A DNA stretch of 64,000 nucleotides from Alphaproteobacteria bacterium (lineage in GTDB: Bacteria > Pseudomonadota > Alphaproteobacteria > MPNO01 > UBA830), in assembly GCA_964291215.2 (NCBI GenBank), contig OZ219791.1:256001-320000 (forward strand). Reading direction: 5' to 3'. The notes below the pieces were generated by a model. It was not told the origin of the DNA. It worked only from the letters and a program-made list of their open reading frames with translations, and ran no database searches. The position numbers were made by a program, and so were the translations under genes. Of the stretch, positions 33,842 through 43,462 are shown in pieces (position 1 is the stretch's first letter; each line of letters begins with the position of its first letter).

Positions 33842-36800
33842 GTAACTGCTCACCCCCTGGTTCCGGCTTGATGTCGGGGTAGAGCAACAAACGGGTTTTC
33901 GTGGAGATTTGATACTGCAGGCCGATTCGTTTAGTGGTGGTAATCGAGAACGACGGGGACCGCCAGTGGGCTACTTTGGATCGAAGGCGACGAGCGGGCT
34001 GTGCCAGCTACTTCCGGGGCTCCAGCCCCCGCATGATCTGTATGTGGAAACGCATCTCGGAAACGGCGCGCTAATGAAGCGCAAGGCCGGGTGATGGCGA
34101 CGGTCAACGCGGCGCGCGAGGAGTTCGAAGCGGCCAAGACCGCGGCGCTGCCGGCAAGGTGGCGGAAGAGGCCGTCATCCGCGTCCTCCTGCTCGACATC
34201 ATCATCGTCGTCCTTCTGGAGAAGACCACGCACGAGCCGGAACTCCGGTCTGCCGCCGTCACAGACGGACAAGAGCGTGCCGGGAGCAACGGCAAGGGCC
34301 CGAAGCCGAACCGGCAGATGGGCGACAACCTGCCATCGTCGAGGAGACGGTCGCGGCCTGCGACGCCTGCGGCGCTGACGGCCCCGTCGATCGGGAGCGC
34401 CGCGTCCTCTATGACATCGTGTTCGAGGTCGTCGAGCGCCGCGCCGAGATCAAGGAATGCCCGAAGTGCAAGGCCCGGGGCCGGTTCCCCGACAACATCC
34501 CGTGCAGTACGGCATCGGCATCCAGGCCCTCGTTATCAACCTGCTGGTCGCCCAGATGCTATCCCTGCGCCGTCGCGCTCGTGCAGGCGATTTCCGGCAT
34601 CAAGCTCTCCGAGGCAACCTGCCTCGGCTATGCTTTCACGATGCGTCATGGGAGGAGGCCGCCGTGGCGCACCTCCTGCAACGCCCGATGTCGACGATTT
34701 CGGATCAACAGCAAGTGGCTCCATGTCGTGGGACCCTGACGTGCAAGTTCCCGCACCGCAAGCGCGGGCAAGAGATCGGCCCGTGCTACAAGGGCGTCCT
34801 GGGCCTCGTACATGGGCCAGTGTAGCCACCAGCTGTGCGGCAGCCACCTGCTGCGCGAACTGACCTTTGTCGTCGAGGCTACCGCGCGACTGATGAAGAG
34901 CCTGCTCCGCGAGGTCTGCCACAAGGTCAACAAGAGCGCATCCAAAACCCTGAACGACGCCGGGCGCAAGCGCTACCGCACCATCAGGGCGCCAGGGAAC
35001 TGCCCGACATTCCGCCGCCGACGAAAGGAAAACGCATCGCAAACGCGCACAACCTGCACGAACGTCTCGTGAAACACGAAAACCTGCGCTTCACAGACGA
35101 CCATTGCGGTAGGGAACCGGGTTGCCCCGGTCCCCCCGCACAGAACCGGACATGCGCTGTTCGCATCCGGCTCCTCCCCTGACGACAAGGCGCTGGTTTG
35201 GCCACGGGTGGCGGATGCTGGCTCAGTGGGCGGCGGCAAGGGTGTCTATGTCCCCGGTGAAGTCCTTTTGGGAGCGTCGCCGAAGGGCACGCATGAGCAG
35301 CCGTTTGCATTGGTGTATGAACCCCTGCAGGGATTGACTGCTTCCCGGGACGGCGTAGTAGCAGCCGTTGATAACTCACCACTTGGCCGTTTCGTGCCGG
35401 TTGTCGTGCCATCGCATGCGCAAGGCCCCCTTGATCCGCCGCAGGGTGCCCGTTTGCGAGACGGTTTGCGACCGACCCTGAACCTGCCTTTCCTCGTCTG
35501 TTCGCAGAAGTGCGTCATGCCGAGGAAGTCGAACGTCTTGCCCTGCTTCCGGCGGTTCGCTCTGGCAAACCGACCGAACTCGATGATTTTCCGGGTGCAG
35601 TTCAAGTGGGCCAGCCTCTCCCCAAGGTCCCGGAGAAAGCGCTGCGCATCGCCCAGATGCTGAAAGCCGCACACGAAGTCGTCCGCATAATGATCGTGTC
35701 GCCTCCAGCCATCCGCTTGCGCCAGTGGTTCTGGAACCAGTCGCACGTAGTGCAGGTAAACGTTCGCGAGGCAGGGCGATACAATCGCCCCCTGCGGTGT
35801 TCCCTTGCCAGTCGGTCCCTTCCATGACGCCGGCGTCACTTGATGATCAGCCGGATAACCCCCCGATCCGTTTCTCGAGCATCGCAATCAGATGGTCGCG
35901 GTCGAGATTGTCGAAGAACCCACGGGCGTCAACGATCCAGTTGACCTTCCGCCGTTCCACCGTGACGGCGTCGAGCGCGTGATGCGTCCCGCGCCCCGGC
36001 CGGAAACCGTAGCTGAAACCGAGGAACTCCGTTTCGTAGAGCGGCACCAGAATCACACTGCCCGCTGAAGAATCTTGTCCGAGGCAATGCCAAGCGGTCG
36101 TTGCCCTCCATCCTCCTTGGGAATGTAGACCCCGGAGGCGCTCGGTACGCACCCCTGTGCACACGGTCGTGTAGGTCAACCAGTTCCACACCTTCCGCGT
36201 ACGCTTGCCACACAACGCCCCGCCGCCGCGTCCTTCCTCAAGGAATGGAACGCGTCGTGCAGGACATCACGTGGTGGAGTAAAGACGCTCTTCCGGGTTC
36301 CTCTTCGCTACCTGCGTTCAGCCGCCTGTGACCCCCGCTTCTGCGCGCGGCGCGGGCCAATCGCATTGCCCTTCCCTCCAGCAACTCCGCAGGCTCCGGA
36401 GAACCTTTGTTCGCTGCCTTCAGCGGTACTATGGCCGAATCTGACTTCTCGTTCATCATCGGTTTACGGAATAGTTCCTTTCCTCTGCGGCCCCTCCACG
36501 ACAGAGGGGCAAGACCTCCCAGGTCCCTGCTTCGGCCATGGTTCTCGGACCCCGCGGAGCCCCCCTCACCAACGCGGCTTGCGGGGTGTTGCCTTCGGCC
36601 ACGACCTCGGCACTCCGGTTTCAAAGCATCTCGTGGCTCAATAGCCCGGCCCACGCCTGCCGCTCCCCAACGCGTCGCCTGACGCCTCACGACGCATGGT
36701 TCACGGAGAAAGTGGTGGTTAGCCTCTCTTCCTGCCGGGACTTGCACCCGGCAACATTCCACCAGTTAGCCTGGCGCACCCGACGTCAGCTTCACCAACA

Positions 36801-37019
36801 ATGCCGGAGAACGGAAGATCAGGATGGCAAAGGTCAAGGTGTCCGGATGCTTCCGCTCCACGCAAAAGCATGGTGCCGGGGCTCGAGCTACCTCACCTCC
36901 ATGGCCGCACTCGGCTACAACCCACTCGTCGCCACCCAGATCGCCTTCGACGGAAAAGCCGCAGACATCATCAACGAGCACTACGACCAATCAGAACCCA
37001 ACTAGGGGTGAGTAGATAC
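33842..37019 (+). mobile_element. IS66-family MTase-carrying element, degraded copy D, containing a group II intron
   Basis: Same IRs; 8-bp TSD ATCTGCCG. Confidence 0.9.
35103..36779 (-). mobile_element. Group II intron with degraded reverse transcriptase/maturase
   Basis: 5' GTGCG; domain V GAGCCGGATGCG..CATGTCCGGTTC; domain VI ending AAT; RT remnants SYGFRPGRGTH, GTPQGAIVSP, YADDFV, FDFLG; removal restores the IS66 sequence exactly. Confidence 0.92.
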
Positions 37020-37186
37020 ATCTGCCGGACTGCGTCCCCTGGGAGTCCTGCAGCCCGGCAGTTCAGGAACGATGCCATCATTTGCCTCAAATTTTTCCGT
37101 CGCTACTATAACATCGGCGCCCGGGTCTGTGACTGCATGCTGGAGACCGGAGCGGGCATTCCGATACAGACAGCCGAGTAAACAGG

Positions 37187-38155
37187 TTGATCCGAGACAG
37201 CCTTTTTCCACCTGTAGAGCCCCATTTGACCGGCATGCTCCGTGTCGATTCGATCCACGAAATCTACTGGGAACAGTCTGGTCGCGCGGACGGTGTGCCG
37301 GTGATGTTTCTGCATGGGGGGCCTGGCGCCGGCACGACATCGGCGCAGCGCCGTTTCTTCGATCCTGAGGCTTGGCGAATCGTCCTCTTCGACCAGCGCG
37401 GCGCAGGCCGTTCACGTCCGCGCGGCGAGCTTCAGCACAACACCACCACGCATCTTGTCGAGGACATCGAACAGCTCAGAAAGCATCTCGGGATCGACCG
37501 TTTCGTTCTCTTCGGCGGTTCGTGGGGCAGCACGCTGGCGCTATGCTACGCGGAGGCGTTCCCGGAGAACTGCCTCGGGCTCGTGCTGCGCGGGATATTC
37601 CTCGGCCGCCGGAAGGAAGTGGAATGGTTCCTTTGCGGTCTTCGCGCGGTGTTTCCGGAGGCATGGAACGAGCTGGTGTCGGTGCTGCCAGAAGGCTCGC
37701 GAGATGACGTTCTCGGAAGCTTCGGCCAGCGCCTTTTCGATCCCGATCCCGCTGTTCATCTGCCGGCCGCCCGCGCATGGAGCCGGTACGAAGGATCGTG
37801 CTCGACGCTGCTGCCGAGTCCCGAGACGCTCGCCGCGTTCGGCGAAGACGACATGGCCTATGCCCTGGCCAAGATCGAGGTGCATTACTTCGTCAACGAC
37901 AACTTCCTTGGCGAGAACGAGTTGCTTTCCAATCTCGACGCGGTGACGCATCTGCCCTGCACCATCATTCAGGGCCGTTACGACATGATTTGCCCGATGA
38001 CCTCGGCATATGAACTGCATGGCTCCTGGCCGGGTTCCGAGCTGCTCGTCGTCCCCGACGCCGGGCATTCGGCGATGGACCCCGGGATCCGGACGGTGCT
38101 GGTCCGAACCACTGAAAAATGGAAATCGGCATTCGATGTGACCGGTCCGCGCTGA
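37187..38155 (+). CDS. pip: Proline iminopeptidase
   Basis: FLHGGPG, DQRGAGRS, FGGSWGSTL, QGRYD, DAGHS. Confidence 0.93.
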   Translation: MIRDSLFPPVEPHLTGMLRVDSIHEIYWEQSGRADGVPVMFLHGGPGAGTTSAQRRFFDPEAWRIVLFDQRGAGRSRPRGELQHNTTTHLVEDIEQLRKHLGIDRFVLFGGSWGSTLALCYAEAFPENCLGLVLRGIFLGRRKEVEWFLCGLRAVFPEAWNELVSVLPEGSRDDVLGSFGQRLFDPDPAVHLPAARAWSRYEGSCSTLLPSPETLAAFGEDDMAYALAKIEVHYFVNDNFLGENELLSNLDAVTHLPCTIIQGRYDMICPMTSAYELHGSWPGSELLVVPDAGHSAMDPGIRTVLVRTTEKWKSAFDVTGPR

Positions 38156-38353
38156 TCCCGGGGAGATGTCCCGGTACATGTTCGTGCTGTCCGCGAGCTG
38201 GCGGAGCAGGCACAGGGCTTCGGCATCTTCTGGCAGGACCGGATCGGCTGCATCCAGCCCTCGTTCGGGGATTTTCGGATTCTCCGGGGCCGTGACAAGA
38301 CCGCCAGGGTTCATTGCCTCCCGATATCCGCTATAAACGGTTCATCCGTTGTC

Positions 38354-38430
38354 GGCCCCGTAGCTCAGTAGGATAGAGCGGCGGATTCCTAATCCGTAGG
38401 TCGGGGGTTCGAATCCCTCCGGGGTCGCCA
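38354..38430 (+). tRNA. tRNA-Arg(CCT)
   Basis: GGCCCCG/CGGGGTC acceptor stem, TAGCTCAG D arm, anticodon arm GCGGA-TTCCTAA-TCCGT, GGTTCGAATCC, encoded CCA. Confidence 0.96.
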
Positions 38431-38879
38431 CTCTCCGTCGCGTCATCCCGAGCTGGCGGAAGCCCTTGAGGCGGTCGCGCTCTTCGCAGAGTTCACGGTC
38501 CCGACCCTGGTGTCCCAACATGCTGCGTCGGCAACGGACCGGCTCCGGAATCAGGGTTTTCGCTGCGCCGCGGTAAGACACCTTGTCCGGTCCTGGCATA
38601 AGATGCCACCGATGCCTGCCGGATCCGTGGCTGGTTGTCAGGATGCGCTCCCGGATCCGCTGCGATCGCCATCCGTGCCGGCGATCGCGGTTCAGGAAGC
38701 CCCTTGGGTCCTCGGGGGGCGAAATGCGACAATCCCGCCGCCCGGGCGCTCGATCCGATCTTTCCCGGGAGCCGGGTTTCAGCTATTCTTCCGGGCTGAC
38801 AAAGGTGAGCTTCCGACAGACGGCATGCGCGCCGGTGCGTTGCCCGCAGGGTGTGCACCAGGACACGGAGGGCTGTTCA

Positions 38880-39359
38880 ATGGCACTTGCGACATTCGGA
38901 GCCGGCTGCTTCTGGGGCGTCGAGGCGGCCTTTCGCAAGATGGACGGGGTTACCGCGACATCGGTCGGCTACATGGGCGGGCATGTCCCCGACGTCAACT
39001 ATGGCATGGTCTGCACGGGAACGACCGGACACGCCGAGGTCGTTCAGGTCGAGTTCGATCCTGACCGGGTATCCTACGAGGACCTCTTGCAGACCTTTTG
39101 GTCGTGCCACGACCCGACCCAGGTCAACCGCCAGGGACCGGACATTGGAACGCAGTACCGTACCGTGATCTTCTGCCATGACGACGCGCAGGCAGCAGCC
39201 GCCGAGACCTCGAAACAGGCCCTTGAGGGCCACGGATATCCGATCGCGACGAAGATCGAACCGGTGTCGGATTACTGGATCGCCGAAGACTACCACCAGC
39301 AATATTTCGAGAAGCAGGGCGCGCACCACCGCTCGCGCCTGTTCGGCATGTTCAGGTGA
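38880..39359 (+). CDS. msrA: Peptide methionine sulfoxide reductase A
   Basis: [36 protein letters not shown]. Confidence 0.95.
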   Translation: MALATFGAGCFWGVEAAFRKMDGVTATSVGYMGGHVPDVNYGMVCTGTTGHAEVVQVEFDPDRVSYEDLLQTFWSCHDPTQVNRQGPDIGTQYRTVIFCHDDAQAAAAETSKQALEGHGYPIATKIEPVSDYWIAEDYHQQYFEKQGAHHRSRLFGMFR

Positions 39360-39686
39360 CGCCGGTCACAAGACGGTTTTTCGGCAATTTTCCGGCCCCT
39401 GACCGGGGCCGCTGGCCAGGGATCCGTCCCGCGGTCAGGCTCTGCGAGCTCCCGGCAGAGCTTGCGCCGTGGTCCTCTTCTGCCGGCTGATCAGCCGGCG
39501 GACTGCCCGCTAGCCGTGCGCTCGGTCATCCGCGCCGTCGATTCCGCCGTCTGGTGGTAGAGAGGCTCCCGCTCTTCATCCTTCCGGCGGCGTGCTGCGC
39601 CCAGGGCTCTTCTTTTGTAACTACCCAGGTACCCTGCCAAGTGTGAGAGCTTGCTGATTTTGTTCGCCGTGTCGCTGCTCTCGGCC

Positions 39687-39715
39687 TTGACTGCATAGGC
39701 GCGCGCGCCTATGGG
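39687..39715 (+). promoter_or_regulatory. Putative MTase promoter with 20-bp palindromic operator
   Basis: TTGACT (39687-39692) followed by the perfect palindrome CATAGGCGCGCGCGCCTATG (39694-39713), just upstream of RBS GGAGGAG. Confidence 0.45.
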
Positions 39716-39743
39716 TTGCCCTCTCGCATGGGAGGAGCGGCTG

Positions 39744-40403
39744 GTGGGGTATTTCGGATCGAAGGCGACGACGGGTCTGAGCCAGGCGCTGATTGCGCTG
39801 ATGCCGCCGCACTCTGTCTATATCGAGAGTCACCTGGGGGGCGGTGCGCTGATGAAGCGCAAGCCTGCTGCCGTGCGCTCGATCGGGATCGACCTCGATG
39901 AGCGGGCGCTTGAGGCCTTTGGCTGCGACTACCCGGTGGAGTTGGTGCATGGCTGCGCCCACTCCTTTCTGGCGTCGTTTGCGTTTCTGGGCCCGGAGCT
40001 GGTCTACAGCGATCCGCCCTATCTGCACGCGACCCGGCGTTCGTCGCAGCGCTACCGCTTCGAGTATGCGGAGGCCGACCACGTCGCGCTGCTTGAGCTG
40101 CTCAAGGGTCTGCCCTGCCAGGTGATGGTCTCGGGCCACCCGTCTGCGCTCTATGACGACCTGCTGTCGGGCTGGCGCCGGCTGGCGCTGCAGGTGACGA
40201 CCCAGGCCCGGGTGCGGACCGAGGTGGTGTGGTTCAACTTCGCGCCCGACCGGGTGCACTGGGCGCGCTTCGCCGGCCGGAACTTCACCGACCGCCAGCG
40301 CATCAAGCGCAAGGCGGCCAACTGGGGCCGGCTCTACGAGGCCATGCCGGCGGGCGAACGCCTGGCGGTGCTGGCCGCGATCATGGCCGTCGAGGTCCCG
40401 TGA
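39744..40403 (+). CDS. Compact Dam/D12-class N6-adenine DNA methyltransferase (open frame)
   Basis: GYFGSK (motif X), YIESHLGGG (motif I), GIDLD, YSDPPY (motif IV), VMVSG, TEVVW. Confidence 0.88.
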   Translation: MGYFGSKATTGLSQALIALMPPHSVYIESHLGGGALMKRKPAAVRSIGIDLDERALEAFGCDYPVELVHGCAHSFLASFAFLGPELVYSDPPYLHATRRSSQRYRFEYAEADHVALLELLKGLPCQVMVSGHPSALYDDLLSGWRRLALQVTTQARVRTEVVWFNFAPDRVHWARFAGRNFTDRQRIKRKAANWGRLYEAMPAGERLAVLAAIMAVEVP

Positions 40404-41877
40404 CGGTGGCGCGAGGACCTCGCCGGCCACGACGAGGCTTTTGCGTGCCTGCAGGACCTTTTCACCCCACAATGCCTGGCGATGACGGTCATCAAAGCCA
40501 TCCGGGCCAGGGGCTGCTGCGCCTGAGCGCGGCGCTGGTCAGGGAGAACGACGCGCTGGAGCGGGAGAACGCCCACTTGCGCGAGCGGATTGCCGAACTC
40601 GAGCGCAGTGCCGCGCTCGACAGCACCACCAGCTCCCGGTCGCCGGCCAGCGACGGTCTGAAGAAGAAGAGCGGACCCCAGCGCACCCGGAGCGGCACGT
40701 CCGACAGGCGGCGGCCAGCCACAAGGGAACCACTCTGGAGCGGACCGCGACGCCCGACCACGTCGTCGATCATGATCCCTGCGCCTGTGCGGGCTGCGGC
40801 GCGCCGCTGTCGGCCGCTGAGCGTCACCGAGCCCCCGTCTGCCGGCAGGTCTTCGATGTGCCGCAGCCCCTTGAGGTCACCGAGCACCGCTGCCTCTGTG
40901 CCGCCTGCGGCACCGTGACGACAGCCGTCTTCCCGAACGGCGCCCCGGTCCAGTACGGGCCGCGTATCACCGCGTGGGGGACCTACCTGCTGCACGCGCA
41001 GTTCATTCCGGAGAAGCGCGTCGCCGAAGTCATGAGCGACCTCTTCGCGGTCAGGCTCTCAACCGCCACCATCGCCGCCATGGGCAGACGCACCGCCCGG
41101 CGCTTCGAGGGCTTCCTCGACCGTGTCGGCGAGATCATCCGCACCGCGGCCCCGGTCAAACACCTCGACGAGACCGGCATCCGCATCGCCGCCCGGACCC
41201 AATGGCTCCACGTACTGTGCACCCCGTTGCTGACCATCCTGCGCATCGCCGCCGGGCGCAGCCACATCGACGAGAAGCTCAACGGCATCGTCATCCATGA
41301 CGACTACGCCACCTACTTCGCTCTCCAAGGCGTGCGCCACGGGGCCTGCAATGCCCATCACCTGCGCGAACTCCAAGCCCTGATCGAGATCGAGAACTGG
41401 GCAGCCACCACGCACCCGCTCCTCAGCCGTGCCAACAGAGCCGCCCGCTTCGCCCGCAAGAATGACCGCGACCTGCCCGCTTCACTGGTGGCCCGCATCT
41501 CCCGAGCCTGGGACCGCATCCTTGAGCAGGCCATCGCCTCTCACGAAGAGATGGCGCCCCTCCAGAGCGGAAAGCACGGACGACAAAAGCGCCGCATCGG
41601 TCACAACCTCGCCCTCCGGCTCCAGAAATACAAGGAGGGCTGCCTGCGCTTCCTCACCGACCCGAGAACCCCCTTCTCGAACAACCAGGCCGAGCGCGAC
41701 CTCCGCATGGGCAAGCTGCGCCAGAAAATCTCGGGCGGCTTCCGATCAATGCAAGGCGCCCGCGACTTCGCCAGCCTGCGTTCCGTCATCGCAACAGCCC
41801 GAAAGCAACGCTGGAATGTCCTCGAAACCCTGGCGCATCCCGATCCCATGCAGCTGATCCCGAGACTGCGCCTCTGA
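40400..41877 (+). pseudogene. IS66 transposase (TnpC type), frameshifted in the 5' part
   Basis: Coiled coil plus DSTTSSRSPASD, zinc finger, HLDETG, HDDY, CNAHHLREL, FSNNQAERDLR; start approximate. Confidence 0.88.
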
Positions 41878-42147
41878 AATCCCCCGCCGCTCGCCTCCGC
41901 GTCCGCGGCAGCAGACCGGAAGCTTCAGTCCATAACCCGTGGCTGATCGCCGGAAGCAGACCTGGGCAGTTACCTTCTTTTTTCCGGTTTCGTCCGACGA
42001 GGGGGTGTTGTATGCAGATCTGGAGGTCCATTCGGGAGCGGATTTCGTTGTCGATATGTCGGTTCCGACCTTGAGACGGTGCCACCAACTTCAAGAACGG
42101 CCACTCTGACACGGTTGTCCGCCGCCGATCGCGACAACAGAATGGTC

Positions 42148-43462
42148 CTAGTGCTGCGCCGGAGTTTCTTGCCACAAGATCGACGGCCTTTCTTACGACA
42201 GGACGTTCCTTTATCTCCTGGCGCCATTGCGTGACGTTGGAGAAGCCGTCGAGCGGTTGCCCCATGGCCTTCGCGATCAGAATCGATGGTCAGCTGGCCA
42301 TGTCGGCAATGGTGTAGTCCTCGCCGACGAGATAGGCGCGGTCGGCGAGGCGCCGTTCGAGGACGCCGATGCAGCGGTTGTATTCGTTGCCGTAACGGGT
42401 CCTCGAATAGGCCTCGTCGCCCGGCGCATAGTTGACGAAATGGCTGAACCGGTCGGCCATCGGACCGAGATTGCCGACCTGCCAGAAGAGCCGTTCGAGC
42501 GTCTCCTTGCGGCCGACGGGATCGTCGGGCAGGAAACGCCCGGCCTTGCGCGCGAGATGGAGGAGGATGACGCCCGACTCGAAGATCGGCAGCGGCTTGC
42601 TGCCGTATTCCGCCGGTAGATCGCGATCGACGATCGGTCGGCGGCAGGTGCTGCCGGCGCTCGCCGAGCGCGTGGGTCTCGAGCTTTCGCTGCCGCGGAG
42701 CGTCCCCGACCGTCGTGCCCGCCGTCCCGTCCGATGACGCTCGCCTGCCTGCTGCAGGATCTCGGCCCGGTCTCGCCGGTGGGCGGCACCGACGATCGCC
42801 GGCTCCGGGAGGCGATGATGGCGACGCACCACCCGCCGGGACGGGTGCCCCGGCGGCCAGATGCGCTACCGGGTTCACTCGCAGCACCACGGCACACGGG
42901 ATCGGCTTCGGGTCCGCAACCTGGCAGCTGCGGGCGCGGGACAAGTGGATGGTCTGCCGACGTCCGCGCCGCCAACATCAGGCGCGTGATCTGCCATCAA
43001 CGGTTTCTTCCCGGCGTCCGGGTCTGCGGGCTGGGGTCCTGCGCATGGCGGCGGAGCGCGTCGCCGACGACCGGGAGGCCCGCGGTGCGTCCGGTGGCGG
43101 CCTGTACCCATGTCGGCGTGGAGCGGTTACCGCTGCCACTGCGCCGGCTGGACCGTGGCCGGGCGGGGCAGCAAGGGGAGCGTCGGCATTCTTGCCGGTC
43201 TGGCGGTGACGCCGGAGGGCCGGCCCCCGGACCTGTTCACGATGGACGCAGCCTTCCGGCAGGAGCCCGGGGAGGACAGCCGGCGCCGGGCGGGCACGGG
43301 AGCCGGCATGCGGTTGTTGGGGCTGAGTGCAAGAAATTCGGGCATGAACTGTTCACCCTTGCCGATATTGACCGGGACCAGGCGGTAGTCGAGCCCGCAT
43401 TCCTCGAGCATGATGGCGACTTTCCAGCCGTTGGGTGTCGGCCAGTAGTAGAAGTCGATCAT
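42148..43462 (-). pseudogene. Glutathione S-transferase (YfcG/YghU-like), split by a displaced IS4 fragment
   Basis: MIDFYYWPTPNGWKV..SPNNRMPA | IVD..IFESGVIL..YTIADMA, then a premature stop. Confidence 0.85.
42637..43302 (+). mobile_element. End-less internal fragment of the IS4/DUF4338 element
   Basis: Homologous to about 7600-8650; matches the segment missing from the copy at 43581-44522. Confidence 0.85.

Larger units (their letters stand above)
39617..41973 (+). mobile_element. IS66-family element (single-transposase type) carrying a DNA adenine methyltransferase; least degraded copy
   Basis: IRs GTAACTACCCAGG / CCTGGGCAGTTAC; 8-bp TSD CTTCTTTT. Confidence 0.93.

Noticed and set aside
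35246-36215. Reverse transcriptase as a retron, DGR or defence RT
   Set aside because: It is bounded by GTGCG and domains V/VI and precisely interrupts an IS; no template/variable repeat pair or msr-msd is seen
38354-38430. tRNA-Arg as the attachment site of an integrated island
   Set aside because: No duplicated tRNA 3' end or integrase found in the window
39744-40403. MTase as part of a restriction-modification system or prophage
   Set aside because: No endonuclease or phage genes are nearby; it lies inside IS66 IRs with a TSD
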